Source of the DNA: the human T2T-CHM13v2.0 reference genome, Homo sapiens
Length of the DNA: 64,000 nt
Reading direction: 5' to 3' (one strand)
Assembly: GCF_009914755.1 (NCBI RefSeq)
Contig: NC_060941.1
A model generated the notes under the pieces. That model saw only the letters and a list, made by a program, of their open reading frames with translations. It searched no databases and was not told the DNA's origin. Of the stretch, positions 29,221-42,900 are shown one piece after another. Each line of letters starts with the position of its first letter. Within the stretch, counting starts at the first letter, position 1. The position numbers and the translations under genes are program-made.

Positions 29221-29350
29221 GTCAGGTGTAATGGTTGCCTGTGCCTATAGTCCCAGTTACTTGGGAGGCTGAGGTGAGAGGGTCCCTTGGGCCCAGGGAT
29301 TTGAAGCCAGCCTGGGCAACATAGAGAAGTCTTGTCTCAAAAGGAAAAAA
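29221..29350 (+). mobile_element. Alu monomer (FLAM-like)
   Basis: gcctgtgcctatagtcccagttacttgggaggctgagg...ccagcctgggcaacatag. Confidence 0.85.
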
Positions 29351-29435
29351 GAAGACAGGAAGGGAAGGGAGAAAGAAAGAAAGAGAGAGAGAAAGAGAGA
29401 GAGAGAAAGAGAAAGAAAAGAAAGAAAGAAAGAAA

Positions 29436-29466
<31 letters not shown>

Positions 29467-29757
29467 GAAGAAAGGAAGAAGGGAAGGAAGGAAGAAGGGA
29501 AGGAAGGAAGAGAAGGAAGGAAGAAGGGAAGGAAGGAAGAAGGGAAGGAAGGAAGAAGGGAAGGAAGGAGGGAGGAAGGAAGGAAAGAAGAGAGGGAGGA
29601 AGGAAAGGAGAGAAAGAAAGAGAAAGAGGAAGGAAGGAAAAGAAAGAAAGACAAGGAAGAAAAAGAAAGGAAGGAAGACAGGAAGAAAGGGAAATAGAGA
29701 AAGAGGAAGGGAGGGAGGGAAGGAAAGAAGAAGGAAGGAAGGAAATACAAGGGAGAA
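29339..29757. repeat. Long polypurine compound microsatellite (GAAA/GGAA/GA)n
   Basis: About 420 bp of almost pure A/G grown from the Alu tail. Confidence 0.97.
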
Positions 29758-30566
29758 AACTATCAAAGAAATAGTATAAGAAAATTTCTTTCAGAAGGGA
29801 GCTCCAGATTAAAAGACCACCAGCGCTGAGAACAGTGAATGTAAGGCTTACATCAAGATACATCACTGTGAAATCTCAGAATATTAGGGATATGAAAATG
29901 GTACTAAAAGCGTCCAATGAGGAAAATAATATGTGGTTCCCATACCAAGGTTCAGGAGGCGAAATGGCATCACACTTTTCAACATCAACACCGGAAGCCA
30001 GAAGACAATGGGAAATGCCTTAAAATTTCTCAGTGGGATGTTTTTTAGCCTAGAATTCCATGCCTGGCCAAACTACCAAACAGAAACAAAGGAATAGTAA
30101 CATTTTCAGATATGAAAAGCCCAAAAAAATCCTTATTGTCCGTGAACCCTTTCTAAAGTAACGTCTGGAGGATGTGCACCACCAACATGAAGAAGAAGTT
30201 GACAAAGAGGAGAACACAGATTCAGAAAACAGGAATTTCAAGTCAGAAAATCAGAATTGCATTCAAGGTAAATCCAAAAATGGCAACCGTACAGCAAGCC
30301 TAGAAAGCAATCAGTGCAGAGGAGAACAGTAAGATGAAGATTTTGGAGGGAGAACTCTAGGAAAAAAGATCTTTCTAAATGGTGTGGTTACAGTACTATT
30401 TCTTGACTTTTAAAGTTTAGATATTATCTATTGGCCCACTGTTATGTGTGATGAGAATTTAGCTCTTACATCCCTCTCTATCCAACAGCCACCATTCTTC
30501 CTCTCCCTTTGTGTTCCAACTTCCCAATTGACCTGAGAATTCTAAATTACTGTCAAATGTAGTCTT

Positions 30567-31425
30567 TGAAAAGGTGCTCAACATCACTAATCATCAGGGA
30601 AGTGATAATGAAAACCACAATAAGATATTACCTCATGCCTGTTAGGATGGCTGTTATCAAAAAGTCAAAAGATAAGTGTTGGCAAGGATGTGGTGTAAAG
30701 GGAACTCTTATACATTGTTGGTGGGAATGTAACTTGATGCAGCCATTATGGAAAACAGTATGGAGGCTCCTCAAAAAATTAAAAATAGAACTCACCTGTG
30801 AACCAGCAATTCCACTTCTGGATACATATCCAAAGTAAATAAAATCACTATCTTGAAGATATCTGCACTTGTATGTACATTGCAGCATTATTCACAGCTA
30901 CTAAGATACAGAAATATCTATATGCCCATCCACAGATGAGTGGATAAAGAAAATGTATATAAATGTCATTATTCAAAATGCAATTCAGCCTTTAAAAGGA
31001 AGAAAATCCTGTCATTTATAACAACATGGATGAACCCAGAGGACATTAAGCTAAGTGAAATAAGCTAGACACACAAAGACCGATACTGCATGATCTGACT
31101 TATATGGTGGTTGCATGGGGTGGAATGAGGAAGAAACTGGTAGACGTTGGTCAAAGAGTATAAAGTTTCAGCTATCCAAAATCAGTAAGTTCTGGAAATT
31201 GAATGTATGGCAATGTGACTATAGTTAACAATACTGTATTGTACACTTGAAATTTGCTAGAACATAAGTATTTTCACCACAAAAAGAATAACTATGTGAG
31301 GTGATTGATATGTTAATTAGTTTGATTGTGGTCATCTACTTCACAATGTATATGTATATCAAAACATTATTTTGTACACCTTGAATATATGCAATTTTTA
31401 CTTGTCAATTATATCTCCAAAAAGC
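30567..31425 (+). mobile_element. L1MA-type 3' fragment
   Basis: KRCSTSLIIRE...HCWWEC...[18 protein letters not shown]; L1MA-like 3' UTR. Confidence 0.88.
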
Positions 31426-32344
31426 TTTCAAAAAGCTAACAATAAATTCAACAATATGAAACACATGAGAAACATGCTGCCAGGATCTTAGAAGAGGGCA
31501 ACTTAAGGGAGAGGTGGCTTGGGCAGAGAGCATCAGGAAAGGTTTGCTTGTGGAGGTAATAGCACCTAAGTCTTAAAGAACAAGTAGAATGGAGGTTCCT
31601 GCACAGTCTGTAGAACAGAATGAGAGAGTTCTCACCATTGTTGAATAGATAAGTGAATGATGATCTATAGCTGTATAGGACTCCTAATTTCCGATTATAT
31701 CAAACCCAACAAAGACCTTCCAAAAGAACATTTCTGACCAATATAAAGCTCATCTGCACACATGGACCTGCTATTGTGATCCCACCTGTGAGTCACACAG
31801 GGCTCTTCAAGGCCCTAAGCCGATCCCTACATGACCCTGTGAATATTCTGAACATTGAAGACTGTGGCATTAGTGATTCACTTTTGCTCTATTCTATTCT
31901 ATTGGCATTATGTATTCCTAGGAGTATTGTATGTTGGGGCAATAATTCATTACTTGACTAACATATTACCTGAAATTCTGATGATCAGGTTACATCATAG
32001 AAAAGAATTAGGACAATGTCCTGAATATCTCCTACGCTTCCTAAATTTCTTGCTATAATTGATCATCATACAACAAAATCTTATTAATTTGGGACATGTG
32101 CAGGCTAATTTTCCCTGGCCTGTACCGAGGGAAAATTGGCATCTTCCACAAAATTCATGGACAAATTGGGAAGGTAAATGTAATTACAGAAGATATATTT
32201 AACCTAGCGTGAATGTACTTTGTGCTAATTGCAAGTGAATCATATTATTCTGTACTTGAGCCTTGAACCTCATCACTTAGAAGCATTCTTTAGCTATGAT
32301 GCTTAATTATGTTTAAATGTATTGGGAAGAAGCTAAATGACATT

Positions 32345-32705
32345 ATTATTTTATTTCATTTTTTAAGTTTTGAGGTACAAGTGTGACTTTGTTGCATGCA
32401 TAGATTGCATAATTAGCAAGTCAGAGCTTTTAGGCCATCATCACATGAGTAACATAAACTGTACCCATTAAGTAATTTCTCATTGTCAACCCCACTCTCA
32501 CTCTCTAAGCTTTCTGAGTGTCCATGGTCTATCATTCTACTCTCTATGTCCATGTGCACACATTATGTAGCCCCCATGTGTGAGAATATGCGATATTTGT
32601 CTTTCTGTGTCTGATTTGTTTCATTTAAGATAATGATCTCCAGTTCCATCCATGTTGCTGCAAAATACATGATTTTATTATGATTTTATGGTGGAATAGC
32701 ATTAA
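32345..32705 (-). mobile_element. L1 3' UTR fragment (L1MA type)
   Basis: gagaatatgcgatatttgtctttctgtgtctg...ccagttccatccatgttgctgcaaa. Confidence 0.8.
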
Positions 32706-32744
32706 GTGACATTATTTTCTAAAGTCCAAGTCAACCAAATTAGT

Positions 32745-33084
32745 GTAGCCTGCACTTTGGGGCCATCATTAAGTAAAATGAGGGTTATTTGAAAGCAAGC
32801 ACTGCATATCCTACAGTACTACAACAGTCAGTCTGGTAACTGAGATAATTACTCGGGGATTAAAGGGTGGTCATGTATACAGTATGGACACAGGGAGGAC
32901 ATTTGTCCCAGGCAAGACAGAGCAGGATTGGTGATATTTCATCATACAACTCAGAATGGCATGCAATTTAAAACTTACAAATTGTTTATTTCTGGAATCT
33001 TCCATTAATACATTAGAACCGTGGTTGACCATAAGTAACTGAAACCATGGAAAGTAAATCCACAGATAGGGAAGGAATACTGTA
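32745..33084 (+). mobile_element. MER44/Tigger-family DNA transposon relic
   Basis: cagaatggcatgcaatttaaaacttacaaattgtttatttctggaat...gtaactgaaaccatggaaagtaaatccacagata...tactgTA. Confidence 0.75.
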
Positions 33085-35017
33085 ATGCTATGAAGAGAGC
33101 ATTAAGGGTGATTCTGGTCAGGGCTCAGAAGAAAATAATAGCTGTAGGGAAAGTATGAATCTTCTTATAGGTTATTTAGGTGGTCGTGGCCAGAATGCTG
33201 AGAGAAATATGGACAATAGAGGCTATTCTGATGAGATCTCAGATGGAAATGAGGAACAAGAATTGGAAACTGGAGTAAAGGCCATCCTTGTTACAAAGTG
33301 GCAAAGGACTTGATTGAATTATGTTCATGTCTAAAGACTTTACGGAAGGCAGAGTTAAAGAAAGATGAACAAGTATATCGGGGGAAGAAATTTCCAAGAA
33401 AAATGTTGAAGGAGCTGATTGGTGTCTTTGAACTGCGTATAGTAAAATGCAAGAGGAAAGAAACGATTTAAAGGTGGAATTCGCAATTAAAAGGGAAACA
33501 GAGAATATAGATGTAGAAAATGTGCCACCTGACCAACAATGAGAACACGTGGTCACAGGAAGGGGAACATCACACACCAGGGACTGTTGTGGGGTGGGGG
33601 GAGGGGGGAGGGTTAGCATTAGGAGATATACCTAATGTAAATGACGAGTTAATGGGTGCAGCACACGAACATGGCACATGTATACATATGTAACAAACCT
33701 GCACGTTGTGCACATGTTCCCTAAAACTTAAAGTATAATAATAATAAAATTTTAAAAAAAGAATGAAAAAGCATGCAAGGGTGTGGCCAAGTGATGCTTT
33801 GATACAAGGATTGATAAGAATAGAAGGAAGCTAGGTGCTGTTCATCAGATCAATGGGAGAATGGCTCTGAAGGCATTTCAGAGATCGTTGAAGCTATCCC
33901 TCCCATCACAGGCTCCAAATGAGAGAATCTTCAGGTCAGAAAGGGCTTGGTACTCTCCACATTCTAACACAGTGCCCCTTTGCTGCTCCAGTTGTGGCTC
34001 AAGTGGGCTTAGATGAGACTTGTGCTGCTGCTGCAGAGGCCACAAACTGTGAGCCTTGGTGGTGTTCATGTAGTACTGACTGTAGATACACAGACTGCAG
34101 GAGTTGTGGGGCAATGGTGGTCCACCTAGGTTTGAAAGGATGTTTCTGACAGCCTGCCTTAGGGTTGTAGCCACAGCAGAAAGGTCCTCCTAGGGCCATG
34201 CTCAGGAAAACGGGGGGTCAGAGCAGCCACTGAGACCCTAGAACTGTAGAACTATCAGCCTGCAATACTAGCCTGAGAGAGCTGCAGCAGAGACTCCAAT
34301 CAGATAGCTGCTGTATGGGCTGAGCCCAGCAAAGCCATGGGGCAGGGCTATCTGAGGGCATTTGGGGCCTAACACCAAGGCCCCAGGCAGCCCTTCCCCA
34401 TGTCGGGCACATCCAGGAGACAGCACATGGAGTCGAAGTTTATTCTCCAGTCTTAAGATTTAATGCTGTCTTCCCTGTTGGACTCACCTGGGGCCAGTTA
34501 CCCTTTTTTCTTTCCTGTTGCTCCCTTTTGGAATGGGCCTGTCTATCCTATGCCTCTCCCACCATTGGATTTTGGAACTAGATAACTTCTTTAATAGGCT
34601 CACATATGGAGGAGAATTTGCCTCAGGATAAGTCCTGTGTTGAGTCTCATTCATATCAGAGTCACCTGAGACTCTTAGATTTACATTTTGACTTTTAAGT
34701 TGGTGATGGAACATGACTTTGGGACTATTGGGATAAAAGGAATATATTTTGTGTATGAGAAGGACATGGATTTGGGGGACCAAGGGTGGAATGCAATGGT
34801 ATGAATGTGTCCCTCAAAGTTCATGTGTTGGAAACTTGATCCTCAATGCAGCAGTGTTGGGAGGTGGGGCCTAACAGGAGATGTTTGGGTCATGGTGACA
34901 CCACCCTCATGAGTGGATTAATGTTGTTATTACAAGAGTGGGTTCCTTATAAAAGGATGAGTTTGACTCCTTCTTTCTCTGTCTCACCCTCTCTCCCTTC
35001 CACAATGGGATAACATG
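33085..35017 (+). mobile_element. MaLR (MST-type) internal region plus truncated 3' LTR (34792-35017)
   Basis: MaLR-int motifs gaaactggagtaaaggccatccttgttacaaagtggcaaag; purine tract then LTR start tgcaatggtatgaatgtgtccctcaaagttcatgtgttggaaactt. Confidence 0.8.
33535..33760 (+). mobile_element. Short young L1PA 3' end inserted in the MaLR, absent from the paralogous copy
   Basis: aacaatgagaacac...G-tract...ctaaaacttaaagtataataataa; empty site at about 55103-55120. Confidence 0.92.
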
Positions 35018-36738
35018 GTATTCCTGGTTATCTATAACCAAGTCTCATTCTATAAACGGAATCCTAATTCCACAAGGTTCCACATATGCTATTTATCAGG
35101 GGACATGTTGCTTACCACATAAATAATTGTAGTTTTCCTGAAATGAAACTCTGATCTCCTTGTTTGGAATGTTTTCCTCTCTTTTATCCAGAAGTCAAAC
35201 GATATATACATTTTTAAAGGACCTTACATGCTTCTATGTCATCAAAAAGCCTTCATTCATTCAACAAACATTTATTTCCGGTGTTCTCTGTGCTGAGTAT
35301 CATGGTAACAAAAAGAAAAGTCATAGCCCATGCCTTCAGGCTATTTGCATTGCATATGGGGGAATGAAAGAAGTAAACGTCTATGATACAGTAGAATGTA
35401 TCACATTATGAGCACAAGGCAGGAAATAATGATAAATGAATGGGGTAGTTTATCAGGAAAGATATTACTGAGGAGGAAATATTTAACTGGGTTTTGACAA
35501 ATGAGTAGGAGTTTGCAGAGTGGACAAAAAAAGACGACACATTCCAAGAAGATGAAGCAGTTTCAGCAAGCTTAGCAAATTTTGTTCTTTACCACTTTCT
35601 TGGCTACACTAAGACATATTAGACTTACTTTCTCTTTAATCTTGGACAAGCATTTTGTTTGTTTGTTTTAGCTTTTTAATGCTTCTTTTGAGTATTCTGC
35701 TAAAAGAGCAATAAGAATGTACACTACTTTATAAGGTTGTAATAAAGAGTGAAAATGAAAAAGATATTTAGCACAATGTCTGGTACATAGTCAATACTTC
35801 ACAAGTAATATACATACCCTGAGGATGTATGGAACTGATCCACATACTATACATTTTTATTTTAGTTGTTTAATGAACATAATTGTAATTCTTTTCATTT
35901 TTGCCAAATTCTGTTTCTTATGCATGTGTCTTATACAAGTACCTGCAGGAAAAAGAGGAGGGTTTATCTGTTCTATACCCAGAGTACCCAATAGAATGTC
36001 TTGGATGCATATTATTGAAGGCTTAATAATTCTAAATATTGTTTACATATAACAAATGCTTTTGTCAATGAAAATCCATCATGCAGTTTTGATGATCAAA
36101 GGTAAATCAAAACTTCCTACTCCAAATGCCTATGCTGTAAGACATACAGAAAAATGTGTTTTTACTCATTAAAGGCAATGAGTCATGGCTAAGTACTTTC
36201 ACTTGGAGTGGTGGAATGAGATCTGACACAGAGTTTATAACTTCCTTGAGATCTGACCATCTCCCCAACCATTCAAGAAGCATACACGGAATCAGAGTCA
36301 TCTTCATTATAGATGGGACATCCTTCTCCCGAATGAGTCCTTCCTTCTAATTCCTTTCCAACATTTCATCTGACCAGGACATTATTTGACAACAAAAGAC
36401 ACATTCACATTATAAAAATTGTCCCCCATGATTTGCAGAGAGCAATCTACAGGTAGGAGGGAGAATCACATTTAGAAATAAAGTGTCAGAGTCATGTGAC
36501 CAGTGCTTTGTAAAAGACACTGCAGAGACCAGGGACAAAGGTGACCCCCACTAAGGAAGAAATATGACAAGTGTTTCCAATAGAAACACAGGAGCACAGC
36601 AGGAAAAGGAAATGGGTTATTTTCTCTCTTTTGGAGTATTTAAGTAGAAGCACACAATTATGTAATTACATGATTAAGTTTTCCACGAGGTAAATAATAA
36701 GGAAATAATGACGTGGTGGCAATGGGCCTTCAGCAGGG

Positions 36739-36744
36739 TATAAA
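36739..36744 (+). promoter_or_regulatory. TATA box of KRTAP4-7
   Basis: GGGTATAAAGG 89 nt upstream of the ATG, conserved in KRTAP4-8 and KRTAP4-9. Confidence 0.85.
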
Positions 36745-36827
36745 GGAGGCTATGGACCCAGAAGACTTCCAAACCCAAGAACTTCACTCTCTTGAAAACC
36801 CACCCAGATCCTCCCCGTTCTGACACC

Positions 36828-37460
36828 ATGGTCAGCTCCTGTTGTGGCTCCGTGTGCTCTGACCAGGGCTGCGGCCAAGTCCTCTGTCAGGAGACCTGCT
36901 GCCGCCCCAGCTGCTGTCAGACCACCTGTTGCAGGACCACCTGCTACCGCCCCAGCTGTTGTGTGTCCAGCTGCTGCAGGCCCCAGTGCTGCCAGTCTGT
37001 GTGCTGCCAACCCACCTGCTGTCGCCCCAGCTGCTGTGAGACGACCTGCTGCCACCCTAGGTGCTGCATCTCCAGCTGCTGCCGCCCCAGCTGCTGTATG
37101 TCCAGCTGCTGCAAGCCCCAGTGCTGCCAGTCTGTGTGCTGCCAGCCCACCTGCTGCCACCCCAGCTGCTGCATCTCCAGCTGCTGTCGCCCCAGCTGCT
37201 GTGTGTCCAGGTGCTGCAGGCCCCAGTGCTGCCAGTCTGTGTGCTGCCAGCCAACCTGCTGCCGTCCCAGCTGCTGCATCTCCAGCTGCTGCCGCCCCTC
37301 TTGCTGTGAATCCAGCTGCTGCCGCCCATGCTGCTGCCGCCCCTGCTGCTGCCTGCGTCCAGTCTGTGGCCGAGTCTCCTGCCACACCACTTGCTATCGC
37401 CCAACCTGTGTCATCTCCACCTGTCCCCGCCCCTTGTGCTGTGCCTCCTCTTGCTGCTGA
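36828..37460 (+). CDS. KRTAP4-7: Keratin-associated protein 4-7, 210 aa ultrahigh-sulfur KAP
   Basis: True start GACACCATGG at 36828 (the ORF track starts at an upstream TTG); [20 protein letters not shown]...CCASSCC; xxxCC pentamers. Confidence 0.9.
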   Translation: MVSSCCGSVCSDQGCGQVLCQETCCRPSCCQTTCCRTTCYRPSCCVSSCCRPQCCQSVCCQPTCCRPSCCETTCCHPRCCISSCCRPSCCMSSCCKPQCCQSVCCQPTCCHPSCCISSCCRPSCCVSRCCRPQCCQSVCCQPTCCRPSCCISSCCRPSCCESSCCRPCCCRPCCCLRPVCGRVSCHTTCYRPTCVISTCPRPLCCASSCC

Positions 37461-37906
37461 GCCCACTGCCCTGGCTCACGTCCCCCTTCACCACTGGCCC
37501 ACAGATGTAGACCCTTCTACTGTGCTGACCATTAGGATACATGAAGTGGGGTTGATGTCATTCAATAGGATGGACCTTATGCTTCCAAAGAGCCCACCAC
37601 CATTTCACTGACTCTGTGAGAACATTCTGGTTCATTTTAAACTCCCTCCCTTGCTTTCTTTTTCTTCTGGTGGTGGCACCAAATGTGAATTAATTTGTAA
37701 TACACTAGCTAAGAAATTATTCCAATCTTCTGATTTCCTTATTTTCTTTATCACTTTAAGGTACAGATTCTCCTTCTCAGTGAGGTAGATATTATCTGCA
37801 GGACCAGTTTTGTCACTGATGTTGCACCCTCAGATCCAGCCACCCAATTGTATTCTGTGTTTCTCCTAGGGTGAATTTCTTATGCTTTGTTGCATCTCTG
37901 CTTTCT

Positions 37907-37912
37907 AATAAA
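37907..37912 (+). terminator. poly(A) signal of KRTAP4-7
   Basis: AATAAA, conserved in the paralog at 59270. Confidence 0.75.
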
Positions 37913-38525
37913 CTTTTCTGCACTTAAGAATTCATTGGTATCATTCTCTATTGCTTTCATAATTATTTTACTGATTCCCTGGCAATTATATTTTACACAA
38001 AGACACAGGAGGAGCAACCCGTGTTGAAATCATTTTGAAGATACATTCTATATCAAATATAGATAATTTAAGGTATTGGAATAAAAGTGCTGTGTGTATA
38101 TGTGTGTGTATGTGCACATGTGTCTTAATATTCTAAATTAAGACATTTAATTCATGCCTTAGCTCTTGAAACACATTTTATCATGAACACATTATATCTC
38201 ACAATACTATTGTCCCTATTTTGACAAAAAACATAAAACCAAATTTCAGAAAAGTAGACACCAATGAAATAAGGGAAATCTTCTATAAAGAATTTAATGT
38301 ACTCGAGTCATTTCACTCAATAAACAACATTTTGGAATTTATAACCAAAAAGCGGGCTTTATTTCCCAGTGAGTTCTGCTGAGAAAAAAAAGCATGTTGA
38401 GCTGTATTTTATCTGGATAGCATGGTATATTTCTGACAGTGGTCTCTATGGGTTTACGTTATAATTTAAACATCTCCACACTTAACATTTTAATATATAT
38501 AAACCCAGAAAGGCTGAAAATTTCA

Positions 38526-39876
<1,351 letters not shown>

Positions 39877-42209
39877 AAGAATTTTTTTTTGAAATTAGTT
39901 CATAGCCTTGAGTAGGTCGCAGCTGGGGTGCATATCCTAATTAGAATCTCCAAGAGTAGTGCCTTCATTTGAATCTGAAAGAATATGGTAAGTGATTATA
40001 ACTTGGCATTCTAGTAGGAGCACCTGCTCTTGATGTTTTTACTTTTACTTGACAATTATCAGCTCTGAAGTGCCCTAAGCTATTGAGCCAATCAAGTTTA
40101 AGATGATTTGTTCAGATATCATTGATAAGCTTCACATTTTTTCAGATGCCTTAAGAAAATTGTTGCCCAGGTCTTAATCATAGAGTTATGATGCCTCCTT
40201 AAACATGAGGCAGGATAAATAAGGTTAGAAGGCTGTGAAAGTAAAATAAATATTGGGGCCCCCAAATCACTAAGCTAAAGGGAAAAGGCAAACTCGGAAC
40301 TGCTTAGGACAAACTTGCCTCTCATTCTATTCAAAGTCACCCCTCTGCTCACCGAGATAAATGCATATCTGATTGACTCCTTGGGAAAGACTAATCAGAA
40401 ACTCAAAAGAATGCAACCATTTGTCTCTTATATACCTATGATCTGGAAGCCCCCTCCCAGCTTTGAGTTGTCCCGGCTTTGCTTCGAGTTGTCCTGCCTT
40501 TTCTGAACCAAATCTGTGTTTATCTTACATATGTTGATTGATGCCTCATATCTCCCGAAAATGTATAAAACAAAAGTGTTATCTGACCACCTTACACACA
40601 TGTTGTCAGGACTTCCTGAAGCTGTGTCACTGGAGCAGCCTGAAGCTGTGTCACTGAAGCATCCTCAACCTTGGCAAAATAAACTTTCTAAATTAACTGA
40701 AGCCTGTCTCAGATATTCAGCGTTCACATTTTTGTAATTCTGAAGGGATTCTGAGTGGAGATGCACCTGACCTTTGACAAATATCCAGTTGGTACCTGGT
40801 AATAGCATGAGCTAACCTTATGGCTCAAACCAAGAGGACAATTTACTGAGTTCTGGAAGCACCCTCCCCAAAGAATCCATGATCTCCCAAAATTTGGTGA
40901 AGATCTAAAGTGTATTTTGCTGTACAACTTCCCCATCTATTTTTTTTTTTTTTTTGGAGTTTTACTGGCTTACTTGCCTTCCTTTACAAGGAAGGCAAGA
41001 TTTATTTTACTTCCTTTACAAGGAAGGCAAGATTTCCTGCTTCCATGATGATGAAACGCATGTAGAGTTTGAGCTCACTCCCAGCAGGGAACACCAGTTT
41101 GAGTTTTTTTCCTGCTTCCAGGATGGTAGAAAGCAGCTTTCAGCCTGAGACCCATCCCTAGGTAAGTAGCTGAACTGGGGCTTTGTCTTGGCTAAAGTTT
41201 AACAACCAGATGGTCTTAATTTCTCCTTATCATTAGAATGCTTGGTAATCGTTTTGTTGGACATTTTGTTGTTTGTTTTGGTCTTTCTCCCATCAGACTT
41301 GACCAACTCTACCTGACTTGGTCAAATCCAAGTGAGAATTCAAAATTATGGGTAACAAAGCCTCTTTAATTTGGCTAAAATTCATTGCAGCTGCAAAAGA
41401 AGAAAACAAACAAAAAGAACCAAAAATCCGTGCACTTGGTTTCTGTGTTTGCTTCCTGCCTTAGAAAACAAATTTTCTTTCATTTACTTTTCTTCCACCA
41501 TATACCTCTTTCCCCCTTTGCCATCCGCAGTACCAAAAAATCTAGAGAAGGCTTCTAATGACTTGAACCCCCTTAAAGAATCAGAACAAAGGTCGCCAGT
41601 CACCCCTTTTGGGGTGTTTTGTTTTCTTTGTGGAGTTTCAAGAGTCATGGGTAGATTCTTCTTAACTCTAAACCTCTATTTTCCTGTATTGCAAGACCTG
41701 ACCTCTTTGGCTTTGACCTTGCTGGGTATAATGGTAGATGACAGCTACAGAGTTAAGGGGTGTCTGAGCACAGTTTACAAAAAGTGGTCTTGGCTGTTGT
41801 TTTGTTTTCCTTCCAGGAAGCTGTTGTTTAAAGATCCTAATTCTAGTTCAGAGATGCATTCTAAAGGGTCCTCTCTGTTGCTTTTTCTCCACAAATTAAG
41901 CTCGATTCGGCTTGTCTGTGTGCATTTGCATGAGGAACTGAACTGTTGTTTTCAGTGGTGACCCACTGTGGAGTCCTGCCCACAAATGGCACATATTGAT
42001 CCACCACAGAAAACCTCTAGGCCTCAGCTCAGTTCCTCTTTTTAAGAAGAAAACTGGGAAACAAATAATCTAAGAATGAGGAGAAAGCAAAGAGAATGAT
42101 TCCCTTTCAAGCACTCCATAGGTTTTATGGCACCTGTACTTGCCAGAGTTTAAGTAAAATGGAAGTAATATGGTCTTTGTGCATATTTACATTAAGAAAG
42201 AAAGGGCCC

Positions 42210-42823
42210 ATGTAAATTAGTTCAACCATTGTGGAAGATAGTATGGTGATTCCTCAAGGATCTAGAATCAGAAATACCATTTGATCCAGCAATCCCATTA
42301 CTTGTTATATACCCAAAGGAATACAAATCATTCTACTGTAAAGACACAGGCACATGTATGTTTATTGCAGCACTATTTACAAGAGCAAAGTCATGGAACT
42401 AACCCAAACGCCCATCAATTATAGACTTGATAAAGAAAATGTGGTACATATACACCATGGAATACGATGCAGCCATAAAACGGAGTGAGATCATGTCCTT
42501 TGTAGGGACATGGATGAAGCTGGAAACCATCATCCTCAGCAAACTAACACAGAAACAGAATACCAAATACAACATGTTCTCACTCACATATGGGAGTTGA
42601 ACTTTGAGAACACATGGACACAGAGAGGAGAGCAACACATATCAGGGGCTCTTAGGGGGTGGGGAATGAGAGGAGGGAACTTAGAGGATGGGTCAATAGG
42701 TGCAGCAAACCACCAAGGCACACATATACCTATGTAACAAACCTGCACGTTCTCCTGCATGTATATTTCATTTTTTTTTAGAAGAGAAAGAAAAGAAGGA
42801 AAGAAAGCAAGAAAGCAAGAAAG

Positions 42824-42894
<71 letters not shown>

Positions 42895-42900
42895 AAAGAA
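42210..42900 (+). mobile_element. L1PA 3' fragment with a (GAAA)n-expanded tail inside the provirus
   Basis: atgtaaattagttcaaccattgtggaaga...; present in both duplicates (also 62271-63008). Confidence 0.9.

Larger units (their letters stand above)
28000..30400 (+). mobile_element. Ancient L1M 5' region/ORF1 relic
   Basis: SRYITVKSQNIRDMKMVLKASNE...EARRQW resembles L1 ORF1; A-rich strand bias; boundaries approximate. Confidence 0.65.

Noticed and set aside
29222-29866. Long Phe/Leu/Ser or Lys/Glu/Arg ORFs (also 42700-42909 and 62645-63106)
   Set aside because: Translations of (GAAA/GGAA)n microsatellites
36792-36827. 12-aa N-terminal extension [12 protein letters not shown] on KRTAP4-7 and KRTAP4-9
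   Set aside because: Starts at TTG in the 5' UTR; the family start is the Kozak ATG of MVSSCC
36750-37611. 238-255 aa Ala/Pro/Gly-rich overlapping ORFs at KRTAP4-7 (likewise 50151-50934 and 58115-58976)
   Set aside because: GTG starts, explained by pentamer codon composition; recurrence merely reflects duplication
41371-41961. 196-aa ORF in the MER4 interior with a similar ORF at 61654-62022
   Set aside because: No gag/pol/env motifs, TTG start, and the frame is broken in the duplicate
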